Origin: Halorarum halobium
Lineage (GTDB): Archaea > Halobacteriota > Halobacteria > Halobacteriales > Haloferacaceae
DNA length: 64,000 nucleotides
Direction of reading: 5' to 3'
Assembly: GCF_032116555.1 (NCBI RefSeq)
Contig: NZ_CP134949.1
Span: 744,001 to 808,000 of the forward strand
Part shown: one piece after another, positions 28,629-38,219 of the stretch
How the letters are laid out: each line of letters begins with the position of its first letter
Numbering within the stretch: the stretch's first letter is position 1
Notes under the pieces: generated by a model
Seen by the model: only the letters and a program-made list of their open reading frames with translations
Told to the model about the DNA's origin: nothing
The model's database searches: none
Translations under genes and position numbers: made by a program

Positions 28629-29648
28629 ATGGGACATGGTAAGAAAATTGCAATTGCAGCTGGAGGACTCGGAGGTACAGCAGCTCTTCTCTTCGTACTG
28701 GCGATGATATTCGCTCCAGGTACAGTTACACCAGATCAGGGAAACGGAGATCAAGTCACACCGCCTGCACAGAACGGGACCGATACAACTGGTCCTTGGG
28801 ATAACCGTGCAGTGAAGAAGACCATCAAGCTGGAGGATCTGAATAGCAACGCAGTCAGCAGCGGTACAATCCACGTCTTTGCGGACAAGCCGACAGACAG
28901 CAGCGGAAACGTAGTCTGGGGCAACGAACGTGCGATCGAACCGTACTTCGGAACAAGTCAGGAGAAGGATCAGGTCAGTGTCTCCAGTTCGGAGACCACG
29001 CTGCAGTACGAACCAGGAACATACTTCCTGGCGATCGAGTCCAGCGGCCACTACACGGAGTTCGTGAAGCTGGAGATTCCAGACGGATCCAGCTACGGCG
29101 ACACCTCGCTTTCCGAGTACAATCAGGCACCAGAGATGGTGAACTTTGAACTGGCTCAGACCTACAGTCCGGCGCTTGAAGCTCTGGATGTAGGGGTCGA
29201 CAGTAACTCCACATCAATCGAGACGTGGAACGACGACTACACAGTCAAGCCTTCTGAAGGAAGCGAGTACCGTGCCTGGAAGATGGTTGTGCACACCGGA
29301 GACGTTGATCCGACAACTGACAGTGACAGTGACGGCAACCACGATGAAGGAATCAGGAAGGCGTACTTCGAGCTCTCCGGAGCAGCAAGTACCAAGAGTG
29401 TCGTGTTCAACCCGTCTAACGGGATTGACAAGCTGGGAAGCAACGACAAGGCAACCGTCAACATCGACGACGTCGTTGTAACGCCGGATAATCCGCTGAC
29501 AATCAGCTCATACCTGGTCACCTTTGAGACAAGCACTTCGGGTGCTTCGGACGGTGACGAGGTTCTGACGGACGGCGAGAATCCGTTTGACTTCCAGCTG
29601 TTCAGTGACACTGGAACTGGTACGTCCAAGACGGACGTGACAGCGTGA
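28629..29648 (+). CDS. N-terminally anchored beta-rich surface protein
   Basis: Strong GGAGGTGG SD, N-terminal TM, DSDSDGNHD possible Ca-binding loop. Confidence 0.8.
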   Translation: MGHGKKIAIAAGGLGGTAALLFVLAMIFAPGTVTPDQGNGDQVTPPAQNGTDTTGPWDNRAVKKTIKLEDLNSNAVSSGTIHVFADKPTDSSGNVVWGNERAIEPYFGTSQEKDQVSVSSSETTLQYEPGTYFLAIESSGHYTEFVKLEIPDGSSYGDTSLSEYNQAPEMVNFELAQTYSPALEALDVGVDSNSTSIETWNDDYTVKPSEGSEYRAWKMVVHTGDVDPTTDSDSDGNHDEGIRKAYFELSGAASTKSVVFNPSNGIDKLGSNDKATVNIDDVVVTPDNPLTISSYLVTFETSTSGASDGDEVLTDGENPFDFQLFSDTGTGTSKTDVTA

Positions 29649-29801
29649 TGCTGGCTATTTAGCGCCCTTTTGTGGCGTGGCTGATGGCTTGTGGCGAGGT
29701 GGCCTCGGAACCCGGAGCCTTGCCGAGTGCCCTCCGCAGAATCGGGGGGCGGGAGTCTTCCTCCCTCTCATTTAAAAACAATATTCTACCAGTTCTTTCC
29801 C

Positions 29802-30668
29802 ATGGAGACCGAGGATGGACTGGAGCTGCTATCTGGAGTCCTGATGTTCTTCTTCCTGACAATCGCTTTACCAGCCTTCCTGCTGTACGGCCTCGGAGCA
29901 GCTTCTGAACAGGCAAATCTAGTGAAGTACTTTTTCTACGGCGTCCTCGGGTTCTCCCCTTTACTGGTCAACTTCGCTACGGTGTTCCTCGAGAATCGAG
30001 GCTTCTTCGAGAAGCATCCTTCTCTCAAGGGCTTCCAGTACATCACGTTCCACAGCCCGGAGCAGACACCGCTCGGTCAAAAGTTTCCGAAGCTGGTTCA
30101 GGCGAAGGTGATGATCCCGCTGTTCATTGTTATCGCGTTGTTTTTCGGGATGCTGGTCAGCGTCAGTGGAACGTTTTCAGTCGGTACTCCGGACCTGGTC
30201 ACCGGCAGCATCTCGCCAGGCGCAGAACTTGGACTCGCCGTGGAGCCAGCGGTCTCCGCTGAAACCTTCTTCTTCAACGTCGGAATGTTACTCGGGCAGA
30301 TCGGCTTCATCTACCTGTTCCTGTTCAGTCGAGGTGTTTCGCCGCGTTGGAGCTATATCTGGAGCCACGTATTGTCGTGGATCTTGACGTCGATTGAGTT
30401 CCTGTTCTACCACAGCTTCAGGTACGGGACTCAGGAAACCAGTCAAGCCTCCGTGTTCCTGCTGGGCTTGATTACCAACGGGTTCACGGCGTTGACGCAT
30501 TCGATTATCCCGGCGTACCTGATTCACGGCTCCGGGAACTTCTTTGACAAAGCCTCAGAGGCCGGGATATTTACTTCGGACGTAGCGGTGCTGATAGCAG
30601 TGGTTGGAACCCTGATTTCCGGTGTCGTCCTCGTGCATTTCCTTTTCAAGGAGTTGGGAGGTGAGTAA
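29802..30668 (+). CDS. CPBP (Rce1/Abi)-like intramembrane peptidase, divergent
   Basis: About 7-8 TM; SAETFFF, FLFYH and SIIPAYLIHGSGN match CPBP motifs but EExxxR is degenerate. Confidence 0.65.
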   Translation: METEDGLELLSGVLMFFFLTIALPAFLLYGLGAASEQANLVKYFFYGVLGFSPLLVNFATVFLENRGFFEKHPSLKGFQYITFHSPEQTPLGQKFPKLVQAKVMIPLFIVIALFFGMLVSVSGTFSVGTPDLVTGSISPGAELGLAVEPAVSAETFFFNVGMLLGQIGFIYLFLFSRGVSPRWSYIWSHVLSWILTSIEFLFYHSFRYGTQETSQASVFLLGLITNGFTALTHSIIPAYLIHGSGNFFDKASEAGIFTSDVAVLIAVVGTLISGVVLVHFLFKELGGE

Positions 30669-30677
30669 GACTCAGAG

Positions 30678-31280
30678 ATGGATCTTAAACGGGTAGTAGC
30701 TGTTGCGGTCGCTGTAATCTTCTTATCCGTGTTTTTCTTCGTCGCCACGTTGTACGTTCTGCAGTACTTGAGTTTCGGGACTCGTGGCCTGGTCCAGGAC
30801 GTGAGGATCGAGGCTGGGATGGGTCCACGGAGAACTGTCGACACCGTCTACATCCAGAAGAGTGACCTAGAAACGCTGCAGGAGGCGTACACCCCGGAAC
30901 GAGAGAAGCAGTGGATAGCCAATATCAACGAATCAGAGGTGATGACGGACCTGACGCTGACCGGAGTAGGGAATCTGACTCACGTCACCGGTAGTTACGA
31001 CAGTAGTAAGGAACCGGAGGTCCTGATTCACAGTCATAGGCCGAACGCTACGGGCCGTCTCTCTGGTTTCGACAAGGAGTGGCTGCGGAACGCTTCTCGT
31101 AAGGCGTTGAATCGGGGAGAAGAGAGGGAGGACTTGTACCGGATGAGCTGTATTCTTCACCGGAAGTGGCGATTCACTAAGCCACAGCTGTACTGCTACG
31201 CCAACCCGTTCATCTACAGGGATACGGAGGTTTCCGAGGGAGGATTTTTCAACCGGGTCAGCGTGACGGTTCTGGATTAG
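30678..31280 (+). CDS. membrane-anchored JAB/MPN-like metallopeptidase
   Basis: N-terminal TM; upstream Glu (EREK), then LIHSHRPNATGRLSGFD (HxH...SxxD). Confidence 0.65.
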   Translation: MDLKRVVAVAVAVIFLSVFFFVATLYVLQYLSFGTRGLVQDVRIEAGMGPRRTVDTVYIQKSDLETLQEAYTPEREKQWIANINESEVMTDLTLTGVGNLTHVTGSYDSSKEPEVLIHSHRPNATGRLSGFDKEWLRNASRKALNRGEEREDLYRMSCILHRKWRFTKPQLYCYANPFIYRDTEVSEGGFFNRVSVTVLD

Positions 31281-31310
31281 TATTTTAAATAGCTCTGAGC
31301 AGTTCTACGT

Positions 31311-34300
31311 ATGGTGTCTCGAAAACATTTTTTCCTGTTAGCCTCGGCTCTACTCCTCCTCGCAAACGGTTCTGCTGCTAATATCCAGGTTGTTGGTCTT
31401 GAGGAAGATGGAATCAACACGACGTACACAGAGAACGGTATCCGGTTCACCACGGACTATCTGAACAAGACAGTCTCCTACAGAAAAGTCGTCAAACCAG
31501 ATAATTTGGCTACGAAAGACGGTGTACAGGTCAAGTCCAAGAGTAAGGGAGACGGAGATCTCCAGATCCAGTTCAGTTTCCAGGTTGCACAGGATTCGAA
31601 CTACACGTACCTACAGGGGAAGACGTTCTCAGGGGAGATCTCGTTGAAGAAGGGTGTTCTGAAGACAAACTTCGTCAATGGGTCTGTGACCAGTGACAAG
31701 GACGAGCGAATTAACATCAGCTCCGAGGCCCACTACGAGCACCTGATCTTAGATTATGAATTGATTGATGCTGGGACGCCGAAGAACATGACCCAAAATG
31801 TATACTCCGGAGAGGAGACCAGGAAAATCCCAGTCTCCGGCAGTGTAGAACAGATCTCCGCTTCCAAAGTCCAGCAGGCGATTACGAAAGACAATCTGTA
31901 CGAGAACCGGACGACAGAGAAACTGGTGATCGCATACGACCCACGTACTAACATCTCAGGTGTCGACTGGAACGGTTTGAACCACTCGCCTGCTTCAGCA
32001 AGTTACAACGAAGATATCGACCCGGAGCTGGTGGACGCAGGGATCACAACAGGCAGGCTCGACAATGCTTCTCAGTACGAGTTCAAGGTATACAACGTCA
32101 CATACCCTGCTGACAGTGAGAGAACTGTCAAGGTGAACTTCACACAGCCAGAATACAATCCCTTGACGGATAACCCGGAGAACTTCGAGTTCCAGTACTA
32201 CAGCTACATCATAGGTTCTGTAGCGACTTTTAAAACCAACACATCAGAAGATTTCCAAAAAGGAAACTTTCAAGGAACTATTTTAAGTAATGGTAAATTA
32301 TTCTCTCAGAACAGAACCAATTTCTATAATACAACCGGTACGGCTCAGGAATTTTCTGCGAACTTGCCTAATACGGTCTATACCGTGAAGATCAACGGGC
32401 CGGGAGGAGGAGGGCCGAGCGGAACTTATGACAGATATGATCCCGGAGGTTCTGGAGGATACGTTAAAGGAAATATCACAATCTCCAACGATCAAAATTG
32501 GGATATCTACGTTGGTGGTGCAGGAGGAGAATCAGAACACGGAGGCTATGGAGGATGGGGATACTACAACGGAGGTTATGGAGGAGGAGTCGGAAACACC
32601 CCAGCGACCGGCGCAGGGGGCGGAGGAGGTCTTTCAGCGATTGTATCCCCTCAAAGTCATATTATGGCAGCCGCAGGAGGTGGAGGGGGTGCAGGTGCTC
32701 AGTACCAAGTTTATGATATGTACGCAGGAGGTGGAGGAGGCGCAGGAGGCGGCCTCGGAGGAAACGCAGATAACTGTTGTAGTCAATCAGAAGACGGTTC
32801 CGGAGCTGGAGGAGGCAACTGGGGAGGAGATGGAGGAGATTCGCCCGCTGGCGGTGTAGGAGAAGCGGGAGGAGACGGACAAGGATTCTTCAATACGAGT
32901 TTCGGCTCATCAATAAACACCGTTACGGGCGGAGGAGCTGGAGAAGCAACTAAAGGAAACATTACAATAAGTTTCGATTCCAGTAAAAAGAATTATATAT
33001 CTAAAGTTTACTCAGTCCCCGAGAAAAAGATTTGGGATAATATAACAGTCTCAAATTTCAAGAAGAATGGTGGAACGATCACGATTTGGGTTAAAACCAG
33101 CAACGATGGTTTCTCCACGACTCTGGAGGAAGAGAAGATGAGTAGTTCGGAGCTTACAAGTTCGGGAACTCAAACGATCGACCTCGGGCTTACGCAGGGT
33201 GCTACGGACGTAAAATACAATATATCATACAGTAAAGGATCTTCGAGTCCTTCAATCGACAGTATCTCCTTGGACGGGAAAACTGCGAATAAGCCTCCAG
33301 AGATCACCGGTGTAAAATTCGTAGATAATCATAGAAAAGACGACACCCGGCTGAACTTCTCTCTCGACGATAAGGGCGAAAGCGATATCTCCGAGTTCAC
33401 AGGCATTGGCTCCGCATTATCCTTCACGAACTCGACTCTCCGTTCCAGTATTTCTATCCCGTTCAGTTCCACGGTCTCGATCTCTGATGTGAAGGGTGCG
33501 TCGGACAGCTTCGAGATTGATGTCTCTGAATCAGATACTGGAGTGCGTGAGGATGACTTCGGCCACTCGCTTTCGACACAGAGAGTCAACCGGACGGTTA
33601 CCATCTTCAACGACGCGGCCTCCAGTATTGACTATCAGCTTGTACTTGATCTCGCTGGAACAGTGGTACAGGGACAGTCTTGGAACGGTTCAATTCCTGG
33701 AACGGGTAGTGTCACGCATTCTGCAGTCGCTGAGTCGGACTGGATAACCGGAGAGACTCTGGGAACCTACAACAAGTACAGCGACGGCGACTTCAGCCAC
33801 GGTGAGGATACGCAGAGAATCCACAACAGAACCGAGTTAATCGTCGATAATCCACGCAGTTTCACGTTCCATGATGTCGACGTCTCCAGTACCTGCACTC
33901 AGGTCTCGACCACAGATATCGACTCTGGAAGTAACGTCCGAGCGACGATGGACTGCACCAGACCTGTTCACGTAATTGACGTAATCAATGAGTCAACCAG
34001 TTCCCTGTACGCAGACATCGGCTACAGTCACGACTTAGGTAAGCAAGGGTTGGCGAAGAACAAGACTCTGGCCGAAACGGAGGGATACGTCTTTACAGGT
34101 GTCAATGTTTCCGCGCCTTCCCTTCCGGGCTCTACGGTGAATGGTGGGATGCGAGAGGTCAACCTTTCCAGCAAAGAGTCGACGACGGAGATCTACAACG
34201 CGACCGGTGACTGGATACAGGATGAACAAGAGAAGCAGGAAGCGTTTGGACAAGACGTTTCCAGGGTCCACGACATCGATCAGCAGTACCTCTACAATCA

Positions 34301-35744
34301 GACGCGGCTTGTCGTGAATAATACACGCAGCTTCAGCTTCTCTTCCGTAGATATCAGCAATTCCTGCTCGGTTACTACCTCCGCAGACGTACCTGCAGGA
34401 GAGTCAATCGTCACCTCGTCCTGCAACAACGGGACAACCAGCGGAGACTGGGTCAGGAACGAGGCAAACCAGTCAACGGAGTACGCCTCCGGCCCCGTGA
34501 CAGTTGGGAAAGGCATCAACAAGTCGTTCACGGCATCCCAGTATGTCGAGGCGGCGAACGTCCGAACCAGTACAGATCTACGGGTCGACGTCGACTCATT
34601 GGTTTCGGAAGTTTCGGGTTGCTCTGTCGTGAACTCGACCCAGCAGACGTTCCCTGCAGATAGTGTCTCCAGCTTCACGTTCCACAAATCCTGCAGCCCA
34701 GGAAACCACTTGAACAGGACTCCGGTGACGAAGACTGAGGCGTCGGATTACTACAAGTACAGTATCGAGTTCGGCTTCCACGTTAACTCCAATCTTACTG
34801 AGGAGCAGGAGTTCCGGTACGCGGTGAAGACGAAGTGGGCTGATAACTGGAACAGCCGTGACCCGACCGAGACAGAAGCAACCATCGACGGCAGCAGCAA
34901 GGACATCCAGGTCGAAGAACAGGTGATCGACGGAACCGAGTACATCGTATTCGTCATCGGAGAAAACCATACGAACTCCTCGATTCACGCCGGAACCCAC
35001 TCGGCCACGTTGACTTACTACGAGTCGAAGAGTCAGGGAACGACTTCCGGTGGAGGATCCAGTGGCGGCAGCACAACGGTCGTAGTCGGCTCCAACAGCA
35101 AAACCACTGTAGAGAATGTGACCAGCCCAGAGTACAACTGGACGGTCTCAGCCATCACCTCGGAGGACGACAGGACCTTCCAGCTCTCAGGCTACCCTGG
35201 ATCCAGCTTCGAGAAGTACGTAGTCGTCAGGAACACGGGGGACAGCAACGTCACCTTGAACATTGACTGCGTCTCCAGAGGCGACTCGTGTAGATGGGTG
35301 AATCTCTCCGTCGACCGGGTCATCCTGAACAGGAACTCGTTCAGCAAGAAGACAGTGACAGTGAACGGGACGATCCCGGAGACCTTCGACGGAGAGGAGT
35401 CGCCGGCGCGTTTCAGTATCCGTGTCTCCGATCCCCGGTTCAATGGAAGCCAGTCCACGGCGAAGGGCGTAGCCTATGTCGATTTCACCGTGAACTACAG
35501 TCCGGTTCTCGGCCCGGCACTGGATGTTGCTAAGAAAATCTTTGAGTGGAGGGAACTGGAGTCTCCGGTTCCGTGGGGTCACTCTGTTCCGTACCCGTTC
35601 TTCATCGTGCCGCCCCTGTTCTCGCTCCTTGTTGTGGCGGCTGGTTCGTTCGTGGAGTGGCTCGGGCCGTGGGACAGAACCTACCCGACTGTGAAGTGGT
35701 CAGCAGCGGTGCTCGTGTTCCTGATAGTCTTCATTTTCGGGTGA
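31311..35744 (+). CDS. large surface glycoprotein/adhesin with glycine-rich domain and C-terminal TMs
   Basis: 1477 aa; signal peptide; GPGGGG..GGSGGYVKG..IYVGGAG Gly-rich domain; internal repeats (H..Q..N.T.L.V.N.RSF; DWI/DWV); two C-terminal TM. Confidence 0.88.
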   Translation: MVSRKHFFLLASALLLLANGSAANIQVVGLEEDGINTTYTENGIRFTTDYLNKTVSYRKVVKPDNLATKDGVQVKSKSKGDGDLQIQFSFQVAQDSNYTYLQGKTFSGEISLKKGVLKTNFVNGSVTSDKDERINISSEAHYEHLILDYELIDAGTPKNMTQNVYSGEETRKIPVSGSVEQISASKVQQAITKDNLYENRTTEKLVIAYDPRTNISGVDWNGLNHSPASASYNEDIDPELVDAGITTGRLDNASQYEFKVYNVTYPADSERTVKVNFTQPEYNPLTDNPENFEFQYYSYIIGSVATFKTNTSEDFQKGNFQGTILSNGKLFSQNRTNFYNTTGTAQEFSANLPNTVYTVKINGPGGGGPSGTYDRYDPGGSGGYVKGNITISNDQNWDIYVGGAGGESEHGGYGGWGYYNGGYGGGVGNTPATGAGGGGGLSAIVSPQSHIMAAAGGGGGAGAQYQVYDMYAGGGGGAGGGLGGNADNCCSQSEDGSGAGGGNWGGDGGDSPAGGVGEAGGDGQGFFNTSFGSSINTVTGGGAGEATKGNITISFDSSKKNYISKVYSVPEKKIWDNITVSNFKKNGGTITIWVKTSNDGFSTTLEEEKMSSSELTSSGTQTIDLGLTQGATDVKYNISYSKGSSSPSIDSISLDGKTANKPPEITGVKFVDNHRKDDTRLNFSLDDKGESDISEFTGIGSALSFTNSTLRSSISIPFSSTVSISDVKGASDSFEIDVSESDTGVREDDFGHSLSTQRVNRTVTIFNDAASSIDYQLVLDLAGTVVQGQSWNGSIPGTGSVTHSAVAESDWITGETLGTYNKYSDGDFSHGEDTQRIHNRTELIVDNPRSFTFHDVDVSSTCTQVSTTDIDSGSNVRATMDCTRPVHVIDVINESTSSLYADIGYSHDLGKQGLAKNKTLAETEGYVFTGVNVSAPSLPGSTVNGGMREVNLSSKESTTEIYNATGDWIQDEQEKQEAFGQDVSRVHDIDQQYLYNQTRLVVNNTRSFSFSSVDISNSCSVTTSADVPAGESIVTSSCNNGTTSGDWVRNEANQSTEYASGPVTVGKGINKSFTASQYVEAANVRTSTDLRVDVDSLVSEVSGCSVVNSTQQTFPADSVSSFTFHKSCSPGNHLNRTPVTKTEASDYYKYSIEFGFHVNSNLTEEQEFRYAVKTKWADNWNSRDPTETEATIDGSSKDIQVEEQVIDGTEYIVFVIGENHTNSSIHAGTHSATLTYYESKSQGTTSGGGSSGGSTTVVVGSNSKTTVENVTSPEYNWTVSAITSEDDRTFQLSGYPGSSFEKYVVVRNTGDSNVTLNIDCVSRGDSCRWVNLSVDRVILNRNSFSKKTVTVNGTIPETFDGEESPARFSIRVSDPRFNGSQSTAKGVAYVDFTVNYSPVLGPALDVAKKIFEWRELESPVPWGHSVPYPFFIVPPLFSLLVVAAGSFVEWLGPWDRTYPTVKWSAAVLVFLIVFIFG

Positions 35745-35754
35745 GATAGCAGGA

Positions 35755-36027
35755 ATGGTGTTCAGCGGGCACAAAGACGAGCAGATTCTGAAACTGCTGC
35801 TTTTCACTCTGTTCACGGTACTGCTGGTGCTGACGGTTATCGGTTACTTCGTTGACCGGTATTCCGAGTACAGGTGCGGGCCTGATGAGTTCCTTGCACT
35901 GGATTTCGAGTGCCACAGCGAGTTCGACGCGATCCAGGTCCCGGCGACCGCGTCAACGGCTTGTGGAGAAGGTCAAGTGTTGACCGGTGGAAATCGGTGT
36001 GTCTCTATCAGCGAACCTCCAGATTAA
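35755..36027 (+). CDS. small TM protein with four Cys
   Basis: One TM then CGPDEF..C and CGEGQV..C repeats. Confidence 0.7.
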   Translation: MVFSGHKDEQILKLLLFTLFTVLLVLTVIGYFVDRYSEYRCGPDEFLALDFECHSEFDAIQVPATASTACGEGQVLTGGNRCVSISEPPD

Positions 36028-36066
36028 AGACGCTCTCTTGGCTCGTCTACTGTAACGAGGAGTCCG

Positions 36067-37503
36067 ATGCCGAGGATACTGACCAAAGGCTCCAGATCCG
36101 GCGTAGAAGATGATTACGCTGGCTGGAGCGACGAGGAAAACCTCAAACACTACAATATCGCGTTCTACGACCTGCTGGACTTGGAGAACCGGAAATACGA
36201 AGTCGTTCATCCTTGGTTTGATCTCGAGGATGCAGTGCATTTCCCGAGTCGGGACGACGTGGTCCAGTTCCTGTTCGGCGGCAACGACCTCGTGATACGG
36301 TTGCCAGAGCATCAAGAAGTAGAGCTTCGAGGAGAGGACCGAGAAGGGAATACCGAGAGGTACAGTTGCGACCTGTTTGAGTGGCTTCCTTTCTACGTCG
36401 GCCTGAACGACGGAGAGGAAGGATCGGATTTAATCGAGGTACGTGACGGGTTTGAGGACTGGGAACCGTGCTTTGCCAACGACTTCGAGTGGGAGGTCGT
36501 CCTTCAAAGAATTGCACAGCGAAGCAGGTACCGTTCAACCCCGTATTCCGATCCGCGTCCTCGTCCCTCGAAACCGGGGATGAGCCAGCAGGTACAGTCA
36601 CGGGCAGCCCCGAGATCCAGTGATTACGGCCCGAACGTGGAAGTTGAGGTTATTGCCGAGGAGAACGTTGGCCGGACGATTGCTGCAGAAGTCGGTCTTG
36701 TTGCGGATGACGATGATGGAGATCCTGTTCATTCGGATGGGTCGGTTTACCTGATTCCGGCGAACTCCTCGAAGAAGTTCGACGAGTTCACACAGGACAT
36801 CCTTGTGGAGGTTTTCGATGTCGACGTCGAGCAGGTCCCGGAATGGCTGGATGACTACCAGGTGCCGGGAGAGGAAGATATACTGAGCGAGATAGAGAGC
36901 TTGGAGAGCCAGGTCTCCGAGTTGGAGCAGCAGGTGGAGAGGGCGGAGTGGTTCCGCCAGCTGTTGTTTGCGAACGACGAGGATTACAGCGATTACGGGT
37001 TAGAGAAGCCTGTCAGGGAGGCGTTCCGGGAGATGGGTCTCACCGTTGAAGGTGAGAAGCCTGGTTTCCGGGACGGCGGGATAGTGCTTGACGACCAGAC
37101 GATTATACTGGAGGTCACGGGGCGGAAGAGAGGTGTGAGGTTGGGGAAGGTCCAGAAGCTAGAGCGCCATGTGGAAGATGCTGAGGAGGAAGGCTACGGT
37201 CAGGACCGGTCTGGGCTTCTGGTTTACAACCCGTTCCGGAATGAGGATCCGGAGAGCCGGTCGTTGAATCCGAACAATTTCCGGGAGGAATTGGAGGATC
37301 GAGGCTTCAAGTTCATCACCACCTATCAGCTGTACCAGATGCTATGTGCGTACGAGAGGGGAGAGATCGACACGGATGACGTGGTTGAGAAGTTAACCGG
37401 TGAGGATACTATCATCGAGTTCTCCGGCTCCGTGGGTCATGGCGGTGATACGCTTCGGGGCAGGATTGATTCGGTCCGGCAGCGCCTGGACAGGCTGTTC
37501 TGA
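36067..37503 (+). CDS. hypothetical protein with coiled coil and C-terminal restriction-endonuclease-like fold
   Basis: LEKPVREAF..MG...RDGGIVL...IILEVTG resembles a PD-(D/E)xK core with Lys replaced. Confidence 0.55.
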   Translation: MPRILTKGSRSGVEDDYAGWSDEENLKHYNIAFYDLLDLENRKYEVVHPWFDLEDAVHFPSRDDVVQFLFGGNDLVIRLPEHQEVELRGEDREGNTERYSCDLFEWLPFYVGLNDGEEGSDLIEVRDGFEDWEPCFANDFEWEVVLQRIAQRSRYRSTPYSDPRPRPSKPGMSQQVQSRAAPRSSDYGPNVEVEVIAEENVGRTIAAEVGLVADDDDGDPVHSDGSVYLIPANSSKKFDEFTQDILVEVFDVDVEQVPEWLDDYQVPGEEDILSEIESLESQVSELEQQVERAEWFRQLLFANDEDYSDYGLEKPVREAFREMGLTVEGEKPGFRDGGIVLDDQTIILEVTGRKRGVRLGKVQKLERHVEDAEEEGYGQDRSGLLVYNPFRNEDPESRSLNPNNFREELEDRGFKFITTYQLYQMLCAYERGEIDTDDVVEKLTGEDTIIEFSGSVGHGGDTLRGRIDSVRQRLDRLF

Positions 37504-37818
37504 TTACTGTTCAGAGAGTTCGTCGACGTCCATATCGAAGTGCAGTGAACCGTCCTCCAGCCTTCCCAAGTCCTCTTTCTCGATGTTGGTGCCTGGGATT
37601 TCGCAGAAGCAGGGGGCGCAGAACGCGGCTCCGGTCGACGGGTCCTCATACCAGGTCCGTTCCGCGTTCAGCAAGAGTTGGGTGTTCACTTCTTCGCCGG
37701 CGTCGATCTCAGCTACCGGGAAGTAGAGACGTGCCCCGCCGTCTTCCCACTGGAGTTTATCTTGGAGTTCGACTTCTTCGGTGTCGCCGCATTCCGAGCA
37801 GGTGAGCTGGCTGGGCAT
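37504..37818 (-). CDS. small zinc-binding protein
   Basis: CSECG and FCAPC pairs. Confidence 0.7.
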   Translation of the reverse strand: MPSQLTCSECGDTEEVELQDKLQWEDGGARLYFPVAEIDAGEEVNTQLLLNAERTWYEDPSTGAAFCAPCFCEIPGTNIEKEDLGRLEDGSLHFDMDVDELSEQ

Positions 37819-37898
37819 GGAGTGACTGTAGCAGGCTGGTAAGATAAACCCGGTTCCCGCCCATCGATTTTAAAAATACATCTTGGTAATTCTTGAGT

Positions 37899-38219
37899 AT
37901 GGATTTTCCCGAGTTCGTCAAGGAGCATCCAGCGATATCTGTAACTCTGTTTCTCGCCCTGATATTAGTTCTCGGCTTTGCTGCGGTTATCTACAGTCAG
38001 GGCACAGTTATCGGAGGCTCCAGCAGCCCATGTAGCTGGCAGGAAGCAGTCTACCCAGGAAACGATACCCCGATAGAGACGAAGGAGGACTTCCGGGACT
38101 ACGTAGAGGATAAAGGAGCGACTGTTCCTGACGGTCTCCAGCTTGAGTACAGGGACGGAGGAAATCTGTACTACAAGGCTCCGTGTGGATCAGTTGGAGG
38201 AGGTGGTACTTCGCAGTGA
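37899..38219 (+). CDS. small anchored exported protein coupled to fsx1
   Basis: TTTAAAAA at ~37868, one TM, two Cys, GTGA overlap with fsx1. Confidence 0.75.
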   Translation: MDFPEFVKEHPAISVTLFLALILVLGFAAVIYSQGTVIGGSSSPCSWQEAVYPGNDTPIETKEDFRDYVEDKGATVPDGLQLEYRDGGNLYYKAPCGSVGGGGTSQ

